A stretch of 62,233 nt of DNA, counting the filler. It is 5 parts of 5 records of this genome, joined end to end, with 100 filler letters (N's around TTAATTAATTAA, not from the genome) between each part and the next. Parts side by side here need not be neighbours in the genome. Positions count along the whole stretch, not along the records: positions 16,788 to 32,190 come from DRR378314_2193; positions 32,291 to 50,652 come from DRR378314_2205; 3 more parts are not named here. One strand, written 5' to 3'. Both the position numbers and the translations under genes were made by a program. Shown here in pieces: positions 31,572 to 42,161 of the stretch (positions are counted from its first letter, which is position 1; every line of letters starts with the position of its first letter). The notes below the pieces were generated by a model, which saw nothing but the letters and a program-made list of their open reading frames with translations, had not been told where the DNA came from and made no database searches.

Positions 31572-32190
31572 TCAGCGCGTTAACTCTTTGATGCCGCGCG
31601 AAAGACCTTCAAGGGTCATCGGCACCATGGCTTGCGGGCCGAAAATCTCTTGGATCATGGCGATGGACTGGGTGTAGGGCCAGTATTTCTCGGGCACCGG
31701 GTTGATCCACAGATTGCTGGTCCATTGATCCCTTGCGCGTGCCAGCCATGTTGATCCCGCTTCGGCGTTCCAATGTTCATTGGCCCCACCGGGATAGGCA
31801 ATCTCATATGGAGACATAGATGCATCACCTACGAAAATACATTTGTAATCAGGTCCATAGGTGCGCAAAATTTCGTGGGTTTCCAATTGCTGGTCCCAGC
31901 GGCGGCGGTTGTCTTTCCACACGCCCTCATAAAGGCAATTGTGGAAATAGAAGTGTTCCATATGTTTGAATTCGGATTTCGCGGCCGAAAACAATTCCTC
32001 TACCACCTTCACATGCGGATCCATGGAGCCGCCAATATCGAGGAACAACAATACCTTGACGGCATTGCGCCGCTCGGGGCGGGTTTTCACATCAAGATAA
32101 CCATGTTCGGCAGTGGCGCGGATGGTGCCGCCAAGGTCCAGCTCTTCTTCGGCCCCATCGCGCGCCCAGCGGCGCAGGCGTTTCAGGGCA
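31572..32190 (-). CDS. VWA (CoxE-like) domain protein, 5'-truncated
   Basis: LFLDIGGSM MIDAS-like motif, YFHNC.YE, FVGDASMSPYEI. Confidence 0.85.
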
Positions 32191-32290
32191 NNNNNNNNNN
32201 NNNNNNNNNNNNNNNNNNNNNNNNNNNNNNNNNNTTAATTAATTAANNNNNNNNNNNNNNNNNNNNNNNNNNNNNNNNNNNNNNNNNNNN
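32191..32290. other. Artificial contig linker
   Basis: N-run + TTAATTAATTAA + N-run. Confidence 0.99.
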
Positions 32291-32952
32291 CGCCAGGCCT
32301 GATTAACCTGGCGCCGAAAGGTAGCGTGATTGTTGATACCTCCACCAGTGACCCCGCCGTGACGCGTGAACTGGCAGAAAAAGTTAGCGCAGCGGGTCTT
32401 CTATGGTTGGATGCGCCGGTCAGCGGCGGCCCGAAAGGCGCTGCTAGTGGCAAGCTGGGGATGCTATTGGGAGGCGATGAACGCACCATCGAACGGGTAT
32501 TGCCGATGCTGGAAGCGATGTCAGCCAAGCGCACCCATGTGGGCGGCCCGGGCAGCGGCCATGTGGTCAAGCTTGCCAATAATTACCTGTGTGCCGCGCA
32601 CTTGTTAACCACCGCCGAAGCCGTTGCTATGGCAGCCAAAGCGGGCGTTGACCCCGCTGCCTGCTTGGCGGGACTCAATAGTGGTTCTGGGCGTAGCGCG
32701 GTTAGCGAGGTGAACTTCCCCGAGTGGGTGCTGAGTGAGCGCTTCGACTCAGGGTTTACCACCGGCTTGATGCGTAAAGACCTGCGTTTAGCGCGAGATG
32801 CCGCTGAGCAACTGAATATACCTTCGCCGCTGTTACAAGCCGTGGTCGATGCCTGGCATGCGAACGCCGATCACCCCGCCGATAGCGATGACTTTAACCA
32901 TATCACTACACCGATATTAGCTCGCGCTACTCAAGCGGAGGGTAACGAATGA
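32291..32952 (+). CDS. 3-hydroxyisobutyrate dehydrogenase family oxidoreductase, 5'-truncated
   Basis: DAPVSGG, KLANN, F...LMRKDL. Confidence 0.9.
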
Positions 32953-34499
32953 ACGCACTTAGCCAACATGCCTGCGACCATCTTGCTGAACTGCTTAAAG
33001 GGTTTGGATTAGCTGCTGCCACACCGCTGAGTAACTGGATTGATGGTGATTTAGTGGTGGGAGAGGGTGAAGTGATCACCTTGAGCAATCCGGCCACCGG
33101 CGAAACGCTGGTGAGCTATCACGATGCAGGAGCCGCACTGATTGAGCGTGCCACCCAAGCCGCTGAGCGTGGCCAGCGCGAATGGATGGCGTTAACCGCC
33201 AGCGAGCGTGGACGGCGCATGAATGCCGCCATCCGTGGCCTGGAGGGCCATGAAGAGGCGCTGGCTCAGTTGGAAAGTGTGGTGGCCGGTAAGCCGATTC
33301 GTGACTGCCGCGCTGAAGTAGGCAAAGTGCGTGAGATGTTCGAGTATTACGCAGGCTGGTGCGACAAGCAGCATGGCGAAGTGATTCCGGTGCCTACCTC
33401 GCACCTTAACTATGTGCACCACGTGCCCTATGGCGTGGTGGGGCAGATTACCCCCTGGAACGCGCCGATGTTCACCTGTGCCTGGCAGTTAGCCCCGGCC
33501 ATGGCAGCGGGCAATGGCGTGGTGCTAAAACCTTCCGAGCTGACGCCGTTCTCATCGGTGGTGATTGCCAAGCTGCTTGAAAGCGGCGGGCTTCCTAAAG
33601 GTCTGATCAATATCGTCAATGGGCTAGGCAAATCGACCGGCGCAGCGCTGACCGATCACCCCGCCATCAGCAAGCTGGTATTCGTGGGCTCTCCCCAGAG
33701 TGGCCGCATGATCGCCGAAGCAGGTGCGCGGAGACTGGTACCCAGCGTGTTAGAGCTGGGGGGCAAGTCGGCTAATATCGTGTTTGCCGATGCCAAGCTG
33801 AATGAAGCCGTTGCGGGTGCCCAGGCGGCCATTTTTGCTGCGGCTGGACAGAGCTGTGTGGCCGGGTCGCGGCTGTTGATCGAGCGCCCGGTGTTTGAGC
33901 AGGTTACCAGCTGTTTGGCGCGGGCGGCGGAGCAGATTCAAGTGGGCCTGCCTAGTGACGAAGCAACTCGCATGGGGCCATTGCAGAATCGCCGCCAGTT
34001 TGAGCAAGTGACGCGTATGATTGACGCTGCAGTAGCCGCTGGCGCGCGGCTGTTAACGGGTGGTAAACGTCCATCAGGGCTGCCTGACGAGGCCCACGGC
34101 TACTTTATCGCCCCTACGGTGCTGGTCGATGTCACACCGGATATGGAGATCGCTCAGCAAGAGGTGTTCGGCCCGGTGTTGGTGGCGATGGCCTTCGACA
34201 CTGAAAATGAGGCGATTCAACTTGCCAACGAGACCCGCTTTGGCTTGGCTGGCGCCGTTTGGAGCCAAGACGTCGCGCGGGCGCATCGCGTAGCCGGTCA
34301 GCTGCGTGCGGGCACGGTGTGGATCAACAGCTACAAGGCGATCAGCGTTATGTCGCCGTTCGGGGGCTTTGGCGATAGCGGCTTTGGGCGCTCCAGCGGT
34401 TTGGATGGCCTGCGCGAATACACGGTGCCGCAAAGCGTTTGGGTGGAAACCGCCCCCGAAGCCAGTGTGGCATTTGGTTACGGCAGTGGCGTTGGTTGA
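32949..34499 (+). CDS. Aldehyde dehydrogenase
   Basis: PWNAP, KPSELTP, LELGGKS, GQSC.AGSR, EVFGPV. Confidence 0.95.
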   Translation: MNALSQHACDHLAELLKGFGLAAATPLSNWIDGDLVVGEGEVITLSNPATGETLVSYHDAGAALIERATQAAERGQREWMALTASERGRRMNAAIRGLEGHEEALAQLESVVAGKPIRDCRAEVGKVREMFEYYAGWCDKQHGEVIPVPTSHLNYVHHVPYGVVGQITPWNAPMFTCAWQLAPAMAAGNGVVLKPSELTPFSSVVIAKLLESGGLPKGLINIVNGLGKSTGAALTDHPAISKLVFVGSPQSGRMIAEAGARRLVPSVLELGGKSANIVFADAKLNEAVAGAQAAIFAAAGQSCVAGSRLLIERPVFEQVTSCLARAAEQIQVGLPSDEATRMGPLQNRRQFEQVTRMIDAAVAAGARLLTGGKRPSGLPDEAHGYFIAPTVLVDVTPDMEIAQQEVFGPVLVAMAFDTENEAIQLANETRFGLAGAVWSQDVARAHRVAGQLRAGTVWINSYKAISVMSPFGGFGDSGFGRSSGLDGLREYTVPQSVWVETAPEASVAFGYGSGVG

Positions 34500-35425
34500 T
34501 CGCTCACCGCCAAACCTGGGGCGCGAAAGGCCTGCATCCAGCGCTGTAGGTGGCGTAGCAGCAGAACGCTAGCTTTGGGCTGCTGTCGACCTACCCGCGT
34601 GACCATGTGGGCCTGGGAGCGCTGAAAAAGCGGGTTATCTACCGGGCGCGCGACTAACGTGCCGAGCTCTAAATCATGGGCGACGGCAAAGGCGGGCAGC
34701 AAGGTAATGCCCATACCGCTACGCACATATTGCGCCAGAATCACCATGGAGTTGGTGTTCATCGCCATGCGCGGGGCTATACGCGACTGCTGAAAGGCTT
34801 GGTCAACCATTTGGCGCACCCCATGGGTGGTATCCCACATGGCCATCGGCTGTGTGCTTAACTGGGTGAGCGTAAGCGGTGTAGTGTGATTGGCTAAAGG
34901 ATGGTTGGGCGCCAGGATAGCCATCAGTGGCTGCGGGCTAGATGACCAGAAACGCAGCTGGGGATGGGTACGCTCATGGAACATTAAGCCGATATGACTG
35001 TGATCGCTGATAATGGCATCAATTATCCCCGATGTGCCTGCGGTATGGATATCGAGCTGAATGCCCGCATAGCGTTGGGTAAATTCATGCAGAGGGGACG
35101 CCACTAGGTCACTGACAAATCCTTCACCGACGGTGAGCGATATCTTGCCGGTTTCCATGCGTTGGTAGGATTCAAGTGAGGCAATAAAGCCTTCATCAAG
35201 AGCGCCGCGTCGTTCGCAATACTCAAGCAGCATTTCGCCTACCGGGGTAGGCGAAATGCCGTCGCGATGACGCTCCATCAGGGTTGCCCCCAAGGCTTCT
35301 TCCAGCAAGGTAATTTGCCGGCTTACCGCCGAGGGTGCAATGTCCAAGCGCGCCGCTGCGCGGCGCACTGAGCCAGACTCAAGGGTAACGCGAAAGTAAA
35401 CCAATCGCTGATGAGGAATATCCAC
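34478..35425 (-). CDS. LysR family transcriptional regulator
   Basis: N-terminal HTH (GSVRRAA..L...SAVSRQI..LE..LG), C-terminal substrate-binding domain. Confidence 0.93.
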   Translation of the reverse strand: MDIPHQRLVYFRVTLESGSVRRAAARLDIAPSAVSRQITLLEEALGATLMERHRDGISPTPVGEMLLEYCERRGALDEGFIASLESYQRMETGKISLTVGEGFVSDLVASPLHEFTQRYAGIQLDIHTAGTSGIIDAIISDHSHIGLMFHERTHPQLRFWSSSPQPLMAILAPNHPLANHTTPLTLTQLSTQPMAMWDTTHGVRQMVDQAFQQSRIAPRMAMNTNSMVILAQYVRSGMGITLLPAFAVAHDLELGTLVARPVDNPLFQRSQAHMVTRVGRQQPKASVLLLRHLQRWMQAFRAPGLAVSDQPTPLP

Positions 35426-35516
35426 TGGTAGCTGCTATGCCTCTGCACTGGCTCTGTATAAATCGTTACCCTAAGGGTCCCCAAGCCTCGTAGTTTTCTC
35501 TAAACCGATAATAACG

Positions 35517-35873
35517 CTATAGGTACTTAAGTAGTTTCTGCAGCTTATTCATATCGGCAGAGTCGCCCACTAGGCGGACTTCACCGGCTACCATGCCATC
35601 TAGAAATGCCTGTTGCGTCGGCTTTTTAAGGATTTTCAACGCGGCATCCTGATCGCGAAAACGAAGCTCAAGGTCTAGGTCAACGGGTAGCCCTTTGCCG
35701 GTATCAATGCCTTTCGGCGCCATTCGATAATACCGGGCAATGCTGAGGTCTTCCGTGGCAACGCCCCAGTCCAGACCGCGCATTCGCTCAAGTTGCTCGC
35801 GAAAGCGCGGCTTGCGTCGCAGGGCTCTTTTAAGCAGTAAGCTCAGTAGCCACAGCGTCAGCTTGAGTTTCAT
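35517..35873 (-). CDS. Hypothetical protein, possible SCP2-like fold
   Basis: Translationally coupled to the HU gene; C-terminal F..G...G.V.L.GD pattern typical of SCP2-like domains. Confidence 0.55.
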   Translation of the reverse strand: MKLKLTLWLLSLLLKRALRRKPRFREQLERMRGLDWGVATEDLSIARYYRMAPKGIDTGKGLPVDLDLELRFRDQDAALKILKKPTQQAFLDGMVAGEVRLVGDSADMNKLQKLLKYL

Positions 35874-36145
35874 TAGGAAACGGCGTCCTTAAGCGCTTTG
35901 CCCGGCTTGAACGCAACGTTTTTGCTGGCGGGAATCTGTAACGGCGCGCCAGTTTGGGGGTTTTTGCCAGTACGTGCGGCACGCTGGCGTACGGTAAACG
36001 TTCCAAAACCAATCAGAGCGACATCTTCGCCTTTGGCAACGCTGTTAGTGATTTCGTCCAAGATAACGTTCAGGACTTGGCCTGCTTTATCTTTGGATAG
36101 ATCAGCACTTTCAGCAATTGCAGCTGCGAGTTCAGGTTTGCGCAT
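35873..36145 (-). CDS. DNA-binding protein HU
   Basis: GFGTF.V..RAARTGKNPQTG...FKPGKALKDAV. Confidence 0.96.
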   Translation of the reverse strand: MRKPELAAAIAESADLSKDKAGQVLNVILDEITNSVAKGEDVALIGFGTFTVRQRAARTGKNPQTGAPLQIPASKNVAFKPGKALKDAVS

Positions 36146-36249
36146 AAAGGTATCTCCCTATGTGGAAATCAAGCGTAAGTTCATCTGTGTTGTTAGAAGC
36201 ACTGCCCAGCTGGTTAACTTTTTTAGCCTAGTCGCTAAGGCGGCGAAAA

Positions 36250-37440
36250 TCAGCCTAGCAGCGCAGGTGCTACTCTGGAAAGCTCCACTTTCCTTCTCAC
36301 GCAGCTGCCTGTCAACGCAAATCCAATCAAACGACCGTCTTTATTTTCAGCAACGGCTGTCATGTCACCGCCTTCTCCCTCAATTTTCCACCGTGCTGGC
36401 GTGGTTGCTGGAGGGTAGGCAACCACGGGAAGTAATGGTGTTTTCACAATGACGGGCCACGCCCCAAAGCTGACGCTGGTTGGTTTTCCGGCGAGTGTTG
36501 TCGCTAGCGCTTTTACGCTTGCCTGCAGGGGTTGAACATACATAGCGTTAACTCCCTCAACGCAAGCCGCATCGCCCAACGCAAATATGTTCGGTTGAGA
36601 GGTGCGTAGCTGGCGATCAACCACAATACCGCGATGGCTAACCGCCAGCCCGGCTGCTTCAGCAAGTTGAGTGCGCGGAGCTAAGCCCGTGGCGAGTAAT
36701 ATGATGTCGGCAGCATAGACGTCGCCATTATCAAGATGGAGTGATAGGGCATTATCTACGCTAAGGGCGAGCGTTTTCAGGTTATGCCCTAGAGCAAGTT
36801 GGATGCCCGCGTCTTGGAAAGCATCCGCCAGCGCTTGGCCGAGTGGCTCGGGCAGTAGACGTTGCAGCGGGGTGCTTTCTGGCGCAATGAGGGTGACTTG
36901 GTGGCCGCCAGCATGGAGGTCATTGGCGAACTCGCAGCCCACCAGCCCGGCACCAACAACCGCAACACGTTGAGTAGGCGCTGCGCCCAATGCGGCATAA
37001 AAGCGGCGATACTCATCTAAGTCGTTGATGATAAAGCATCGTTTGGTGACACTCTCGGGAACGCTGAACGGCGTATGGGGCGCTGCCCCAGTGGCTAGCA
37101 CTAGATCGTCATAGTGGAGCTGTTGGCCATTACTGAGTTCTACGCATTGGTTATCCACATGCAGGTGTGCGACCTGGGTGTGGGTAATTAACTCAGCATT
37201 CAGTTCTTCTGCGACGCCGCTGGCGTCACGTTGGGCGAGTTGGTCTGGCGTTAAGCGTTTCGCAAAGCCAGTAGAAAGCAGCGGTTTACTGTAATCATCG
37301 CCACTATCGGCACTGATAAGGGTAATGGCACGTGTATCGCCTTGTCGGCGTAGGGCGCGTGCAAGGCCAATCCCCGCCATGCCGGTGCCAATAATAATCA
37401 GTGCCGAATGGGAATATCGCGATATCTCGTGTGAGGGCAT
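36250..37440 (-). CDS. Rubredoxin-NAD(+) reductase-like FAD oxidoreductase
   Basis: IIGTGMAG, YSKPLLS, GAGLVGCEFAND, ALGD, VKTP. Sits between HU and ubiC. Confidence 0.85.
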   Translation of the reverse strand: MPSHEISRYSHSALIIIGTGMAGIGLARALRRQGDTRAITLISADSGDDYSKPLLSTGFAKRLTPDQLAQRDASGVAEELNAELITHTQVAHLHVDNQCVELSNGQQLHYDDLVLATGAAPHTPFSVPESVTKRCFIINDLDEYRRFYAALGAAPTQRVAVVGAGLVGCEFANDLHAGGHQVTLIAPESTPLQRLLPEPLGQALADAFQDAGIQLALGHNLKTLALSVDNALSLHLDNGDVYAADIILLATGLAPRTQLAEAAGLAVSHRGIVVDRQLRTSQPNIFALGDAACVEGVNAMYVQPLQASVKALATTLAGKPTSVSFGAWPVIVKTPLLPVVAYPPATTPARWKIEGEGGDMTAVAENKDGRLIGFALTGSCVRRKVELSRVAPALLG

Positions 37441-37506
37441 GCAGTCACCAAAAGTCGGCGGAACAAAAGCCTGTGAGGTCACCATGTTACACTAGCTTTC
37501 TGTGTA

Positions 37507-38109
37507 TTGACCGCCTTGGAGACTTTGGTGATCGCCCCTACTGTTCGGCAAGCTTGCCTATTTCCTCATCGACTATTTCCTCACTGGCTTCCTGTTGCTG
37601 CGGCTCGTCCTGCAATGAGCGCTTCGTGGTGGCAGTGGGTGGCCTCGACGGACTCCTTAACGACGCGGTTAACCGTCGCAGGCGGCACAAACGCGTTTCG
37701 GGTGCAATTGTTACGTCAAACGATTGGCTTACCTCTGCGGGATGAAGCGCTAGCGCTGGGAATTGAACCGCGCCGCTATGCATGGCTGAGGGAAGTCGCG
37801 TTGTGTGTCGGTGATAAGCCCTGGGTGGTCGCACGCTCGGTAGCACCACTCAGTCAATTACAAGGTAAGGGGTTAGAAGGGCTTGGCGAGCGTTCATTAG
37901 GCAGCTGGCTGTTTCAACAACCTGACTTAGTGCGCGGGCCACTCTACGCCACTCGCCATCAGCCACGCTTTGTCGCGGAACACTCTGCGTCGCTTTTAGA
38001 CAGCGTATGGGGGCGGCGCTCAGTGTTTCAGCACGGTGGGCTGTCGCTGTTAGTGCAGGAATACTTTTTATCGACCATGGCAGATGATCTTGCCCTGTCT
38101 TCGCGCTAG
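37507..38109 (+). CDS. ubiC: Chorismate--pyruvate lyase
   Basis: SLT.RL, REV.L......WV.ARS, LG.RSLG.WLF, WGRRS.F, LLVQE.FL. Start uncertain. Confidence 0.9.
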   Translation: MTALETLVIAPTVRQACLFPHRLFPHWLPVAAARPAMSASWWQWVASTDSLTTRLTVAGGTNAFRVQLLRQTIGLPLRDEALALGIEPRRYAWLREVALCVGDKPWVVARSVAPLSQLQGKGLEGLGERSLGSWLFQQPDLVRGPLYATRHQPRFVAEHSASLLDSVWGRRSVFQHGGLSLLVQEYFLSTMADDLALSSR

Positions 38110-38143
38110 GCTATCACCAGCGTTTTCTTTTTGAGAGGTAAGC

Positions 38144-39034
38144 ATGGACCGTTCTCTGTTGAGGCCAACGGGATGGGCTCGGGTGGCTGATTTTTTACAT
38201 TTAACGCGATTGGATCGCCCGATTGGTACTTGGCTATTGATGTGGCCCACCTTATGGGCATTGTGGATAGCAGCAGAGGGTGTGCCTGGACGGAATGTTC
38301 TGCTGATCTTTATTGCTGGCGTTTATGTGATGCGCGCCGCGGGCTGTGTGGTTAATGATTACGCTGATCGTCATTTCGATGGCCATGTAAAGCGCACTAA
38401 ACATCGTCCGCTAGCCACTGGTCGTATCAGTGAAACCGAGGCGCAGCTGCTGTTTATCGCGCTGGTAGCCACTGCTTTCATTTTAGTGCTATTGACCAAT
38501 TGGTTTACGGTGCTGTTGTCGATAGGTGGTGTTGTATTAGCGTTCATTTACCCGTTTATGAAGCGCTACACCCATTTACCTCAGGTGGTGTTAGGGGCTG
38601 CGTTCTCTTGGGCGATTCCCATGGCATTCGGTGCGGTATTGGGTCATGTACCGTTTGAAGCATGGCTACTGTTTAGCGCTAACGTGCTGTGGACCGTTGC
38701 CTACGATACTCAATACGCCATGGTCGACCGCGACGATGACCTAAAAATTGGTATCAAATCTACCGCGGTGCTGTTTGGTAGCGCTGATCGTCTGATAATT
38801 GGTGTGCTGCAAGTGGCGACACTTGGACTACTTGCCTGGGTAGGATGGCGCGTTGGTTTAGGTGGCTTTTTCTGGCTTGGGCTAGCCGCTATGGCCGCTA
38901 CGTTTGTCCATCAACAACGCTTAATCGCTGGCCGTGAGCGCGACCGCTGCTTCCAGGCATTTCTTAATAATCATTGGTCAGGCTTGTTAATTTTTGCAGG
39001 TATTGCACTAAGTTGGTGGCCAATAACTGGCTAA
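38144..39034 (+). CDS. ubiA: 4-hydroxybenzoate octaprenyltransferase
   Basis: [42 protein letters not shown]. Confidence 0.97.
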   Translation: MDRSLLRPTGWARVADFLHLTRLDRPIGTWLLMWPTLWALWIAAEGVPGRNVLLIFIAGVYVMRAAGCVVNDYADRHFDGHVKRTKHRPLATGRISETEAQLLFIALVATAFILVLLTNWFTVLLSIGGVVLAFIYPFMKRYTHLPQVVLGAAFSWAIPMAFGAVLGHVPFEAWLLFSANVLWTVAYDTQYAMVDRDDDLKIGIKSTAVLFGSADRLIIGVLQVATLGLLAWVGWRVGLGGFFWLGLAAMAATFVHQQRLIAGRERDRCFQAFLNNHWSGLLIFAGIALSWWPITG

Positions 39035-39043
39035 ATATCCTCT

Positions 39044-39061
39044 ATGTCATAAAATTGTCAT
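39044..39061 (+). promoter_or_regulatory. PHO box upstream of phoB
   Basis: ATGTCATAAAATTGTCAT: GTCAT repeated with 11-bp period. Confidence 0.8.
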
Positions 39062-39155
39062 CGAGTCATGGTGTTATCGTCACTGACATGTCTTTGAACT
39101 GTTTTTTTAAACTATTTTTTAAATTAGTTTTCATTGAACACCGTGAGGCCCTGGA

Positions 39156-39845
39156 ATGACCGCCAAGACCGTTTTGATTGTCGATGATGAGGCGCCTATT
39201 CGCGAGATGATCGCAGTGGCGCTGGAAATGGCTGACTATCGCGTGCTTGAAGCGGATAACGCCCAGGATGCCCACGCGATGATGGTTGACCACCAGCCAG
39301 ATCTTCTTTTACTGGATTGGATGATGCCGGGTACCAGTGGTATTGAGCTTGCAAGGCGCTTAAAGCGTGAAGAAGCCACTGCCGAGGTGCCTATCATTAT
39401 GCTGACCGCTAAAGGCGAAGAAGATAATAAGATTCAAGGGCTTGAGGCTGGGGCGGATGACTATATCACCAAGCCTTTCTCTCCCCGCGAACTGGTGGCG
39501 CGCTTAAAAGCAGTATTGCGACGTACTACCCCCCGTGGTGTCGAAGATCCTATTGAAATTAATGGCTTGCTATTAGACCCAGTGAGCCACCGTGTGAGTG
39601 CTTACGGTAAGGCGTTAGAAATGGGGCCGACGGAGTACCGTTTGCTGCAGTTTTTCATGACGCACCAAGAGCGCGCCTATACACGTAGCCAACTGCTCGA
39701 TCAAGTGTGGGGCGGTAACGTATACGTTGAAGAGCGGACGGTAGATGTTCACATCCGACGTCTACGTAAGGCCCTAGGAGAAGCTCACCAGAGTCTCATT
39801 CAAACGGTGAGAGGCACTGGGTACCGTTTTTCCGCGCGGGTGTAA
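39156..39845 (+). CDS. phoB: Phosphate regulon response regulator PhoB
   Basis: [51 protein letters not shown]. Confidence 0.97.
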   Translation: MTAKTVLIVDDEAPIREMIAVALEMADYRVLEADNAQDAHAMMVDHQPDLLLLDWMMPGTSGIELARRLKREEATAEVPIIMLTAKGEEDNKIQGLEAGADDYITKPFSPRELVARLKAVLRRTTPRGVEDPIEINGLLLDPVSHRVSAYGKALEMGPTEYRLLQFFMTHQERAYTRSQLLDQVWGGNVYVEERTVDVHIRRLRKALGEAHQSLIQTVRGTGYRFSARV

Positions 39846-39847
39846 CG

Positions 39848-41164
39848 GTGCGCCTGTGGAGCCGAGAACTATGGCGAATTGCGTGGCTGGCCGCTTTGGG
39901 CGCTTGTCTGGGGTGGTTGCTGGGTATGCCAGGTCTTGGCGTTGCTGCAGGTCTTGCCGTTTGTCTGGTGTATCAACTGCGCCAACTGCGTGCGCTCTTT
40001 AAGTGGTTAACGCTTCACCCTCATGATGAACCCCCTGCTGCGAGCGGCATGTGGGGTGAGCTTTTTGATCGCTTGTATCGCTACCAAAAGAGCCAACGGA
40101 TTACTCAGAATCGCTTACGTGCCACCCTTGCACGTATTCAGGAATCATCCGAAGCGATGCGTGACAGTGTCGTTATGCTAGATCGGCATGGCGACCTGGA
40201 GTGGTGGAACAGTGCCGCGACGGAAATGCTGGGCTTGCAAACCGCCCACGACCGTGGCCAGCACATTACCAATCTGCTTCGTGACCCGCGATTTATCAGC
40301 TACTTTAATGCACGTAAATACGGTGAGCCGCTGACCTTAACGTCGCCCATCGATGAACGGCATATCCTTCAATATCAAATTACTCTCTATGGTGATGATG
40401 AGCGCTTGGTAATGGCGCGAGATATTACCCGCTTGCATCGTTTAGAGCAGATGCGGCGTGACTTTGTCGCCAATGTTTCCCATGAACTACGCACACCGCT
40501 AACGGTACTGACGGGTTATTTAGAAACCTACAGCGACTTGAAAGAGCAACTTCCACCACGTTTGGGCCGAGGTATTGCTCAGATGGAAGAGCAGACGAAG
40601 CGTATGCAAAACTTAGTCAATGATCTGCTACTGCTCTCTCGGTTAGAAATTGATCAAGGTGGCGAGGATCATCATGCGTTGGCGTTAGGGCCAATGCTCG
40701 ACACCATTCGCCGCGATGCGCTAGCGCTCTCTAACCAACAGCACAGTGTTCAAGTCGCGCTTGAAAGCGATGCCCGTCTGATCGGCAGCGAGCAGGAACT
40801 GCATAGCGCTATTTCAAACCTAGTGTTTAACGCTGTGCGGTATACGCCAGAGGGCAGTCAGATAACACTTCGCTGGAAAACCCTGCCGAATGGCAGTGCT
40901 TGTATTGAAGTTGACGACGATGGTGAGGGAATTGACCCTGTGCATATTCCACGCTTAACCGAGCGTTTCTATCGCGTTGATAAAGGGCGTAGTACTGCAA
41001 CGGGTGGTACCGGGCTTGGTCTGGCGATTGTAAAGCATGTGCTACTAAGACATGACGCATTGTTACAAATTGAATCTCGCCCTGGCGAAGGAGCCCTCTT
41101 TCGCTGTGTTTTTCCGTCATCACGTGTTGTCAAAAGCGAGCCCGCCTCGCGCAATGCTGTTTAA
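39848..41164 (+). CDS. phoR: Phosphate regulon sensor kinase PhoR
   Basis: N-terminal TM, PAS, ANVSHELRTPLTV, ERFYRVD..RS...GGTGLGL. Confidence 0.96.
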   Translation: MRLWSRELWRIAWLAALGACLGWLLGMPGLGVAAGLAVCLVYQLRQLRALFKWLTLHPHDEPPAASGMWGELFDRLYRYQKSQRITQNRLRATLARIQESSEAMRDSVVMLDRHGDLEWWNSAATEMLGLQTAHDRGQHITNLLRDPRFISYFNARKYGEPLTLTSPIDERHILQYQITLYGDDERLVMARDITRLHRLEQMRRDFVANVSHELRTPLTVLTGYLETYSDLKEQLPPRLGRGIAQMEEQTKRMQNLVNDLLLLSRLEIDQGGEDHHALALGPMLDTIRRDALALSNQQHSVQVALESDARLIGSEQELHSAISNLVFNAVRYTPEGSQITLRWKTLPNGSACIEVDDDGEGIDPVHIPRLTERFYRVDKGRSTATGGTGLGLAIVKHVLLRHDALLQIESRPGEGALFRCVFPSSRVVKSEPASRNAV

Positions 41165-41464
41165 GTACAAGTGATGTATAGGTGTGTCATGCTTGTCATA
41201 CAAGTATGGCCACATAATACTCATGTGCCATTTCTAACCACTTTCCCTGCTTGATCTGCAAACGCTTTAAGCGCTCTTCCTATTATCTTTCATTTGATAA
41301 ATTATTGTTTTATTTGGTTTTTTATATCATTTTTGATTTTTTGGCACATCGTCTGCACGTGTCTTGGTACTTGGTAAGAGAGAAAACCATAGGAATTGGT
41401 AAGCCGAAAGGCCATCTTTCTTACTATTTAAGCAGTACCTGAACAGCGATCTAGGAGACGGAAC

Positions 41465-41767
41465 ATGATGTCCAAGGAACTACTCAAGAAAGCTGGTATT
41501 TTAAGTGTCGCGTTTGGTTTAGTGGCTAGCCCTGCAGCATTCGCTCAAGAGCCAGCAGACCCCGCGAACAATATTTCCCCTGACGAGCAGCCTGTTGAGA
41601 CTCAATCTGAAAGTACATCAGATTCAAGTAATTATGATAGCCAAGAGTTGACTCATGACGAAGGCGATAATGCCAGCGACATGCAACCTAGTTCAACGAG
41701 CCAGGACGATTCAGAGTCTGGCTATGACAGCACAGATGAGTTGCCTGAAGAAAATAGCGGAATGTAA
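41465..41767 (+). CDS. Small secreted acidic low-complexity protein
   Basis: GGAG RBS, Sec signal (...FGLVASPAAFA|Q), mature part rich in D/E/S. Confidence 0.8.
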   Translation: MMSKELLKKAGILSVAFGLVASPAAFAQEPADPANNISPDEQPVETQSESTSDSSNYDSQELTHDEGDNASDMQPSSTSQDDSESGYDSTDELPEENSGM

Positions 41768-41814
41768 CATTAACTTTGGTTACTTATCTTTTCAAAAGGT
41801 ACTATAACTCTTAC

Positions 41815-42014
41815 GCTTACGGATGAGCTATTCAGAGGCATGGATGTCAAATTGCATGGATGCTCCTAGATTCAAGGATTGAATCTTTCGACGGTCAACA
41901 CGCTAGTTAGGGTTAATTCCAAGGTTGGAGCCCCTCAAACGGATAGGAAGCTAGTGTTACGTATCGCGATACTAAGAGTGCTCAAGACCCCACTTCGGTG
42001 GGGTCTAATTTTTT
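41815..42014 (+). ncRNA. Putative CsrB/RsmY/RsmZ-type CsrA-sequestering sRNA
   Basis: Four consecutive hairpins with ANGGA in or at the loop (41815-41828, 41837-41848, 41854-41863, 41868-41886), further GGA motifs, and a terminal intrinsic terminator. Confidence 0.75.
41985..42014 (+). terminator. Intrinsic terminator of the putative sRNA
   Basis: AGACCCCAC-TTCG-GTGGGGTCT followed by AATTTTTT. Confidence 0.85.
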
Positions 42015-42161
42015 GTGTATAGTATAATCATTGTTACGTTGCCCACTGTTTCTTGGTGTTAAAAATGCAATTATTCAGATGACACGTTTTGCGATTGGCA
42101 AAAGAAGGTACCTTGTATCATTGCATTGTCGGTTGCTCCATATAGCAAGGAGTTTTTATTT

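Noticed and set aside
41183..41200. PHO box downstream of phoR (GTCAT..GTCAT)
   Set aside because: The repeat period is 9 bp, not the required 11 bp.
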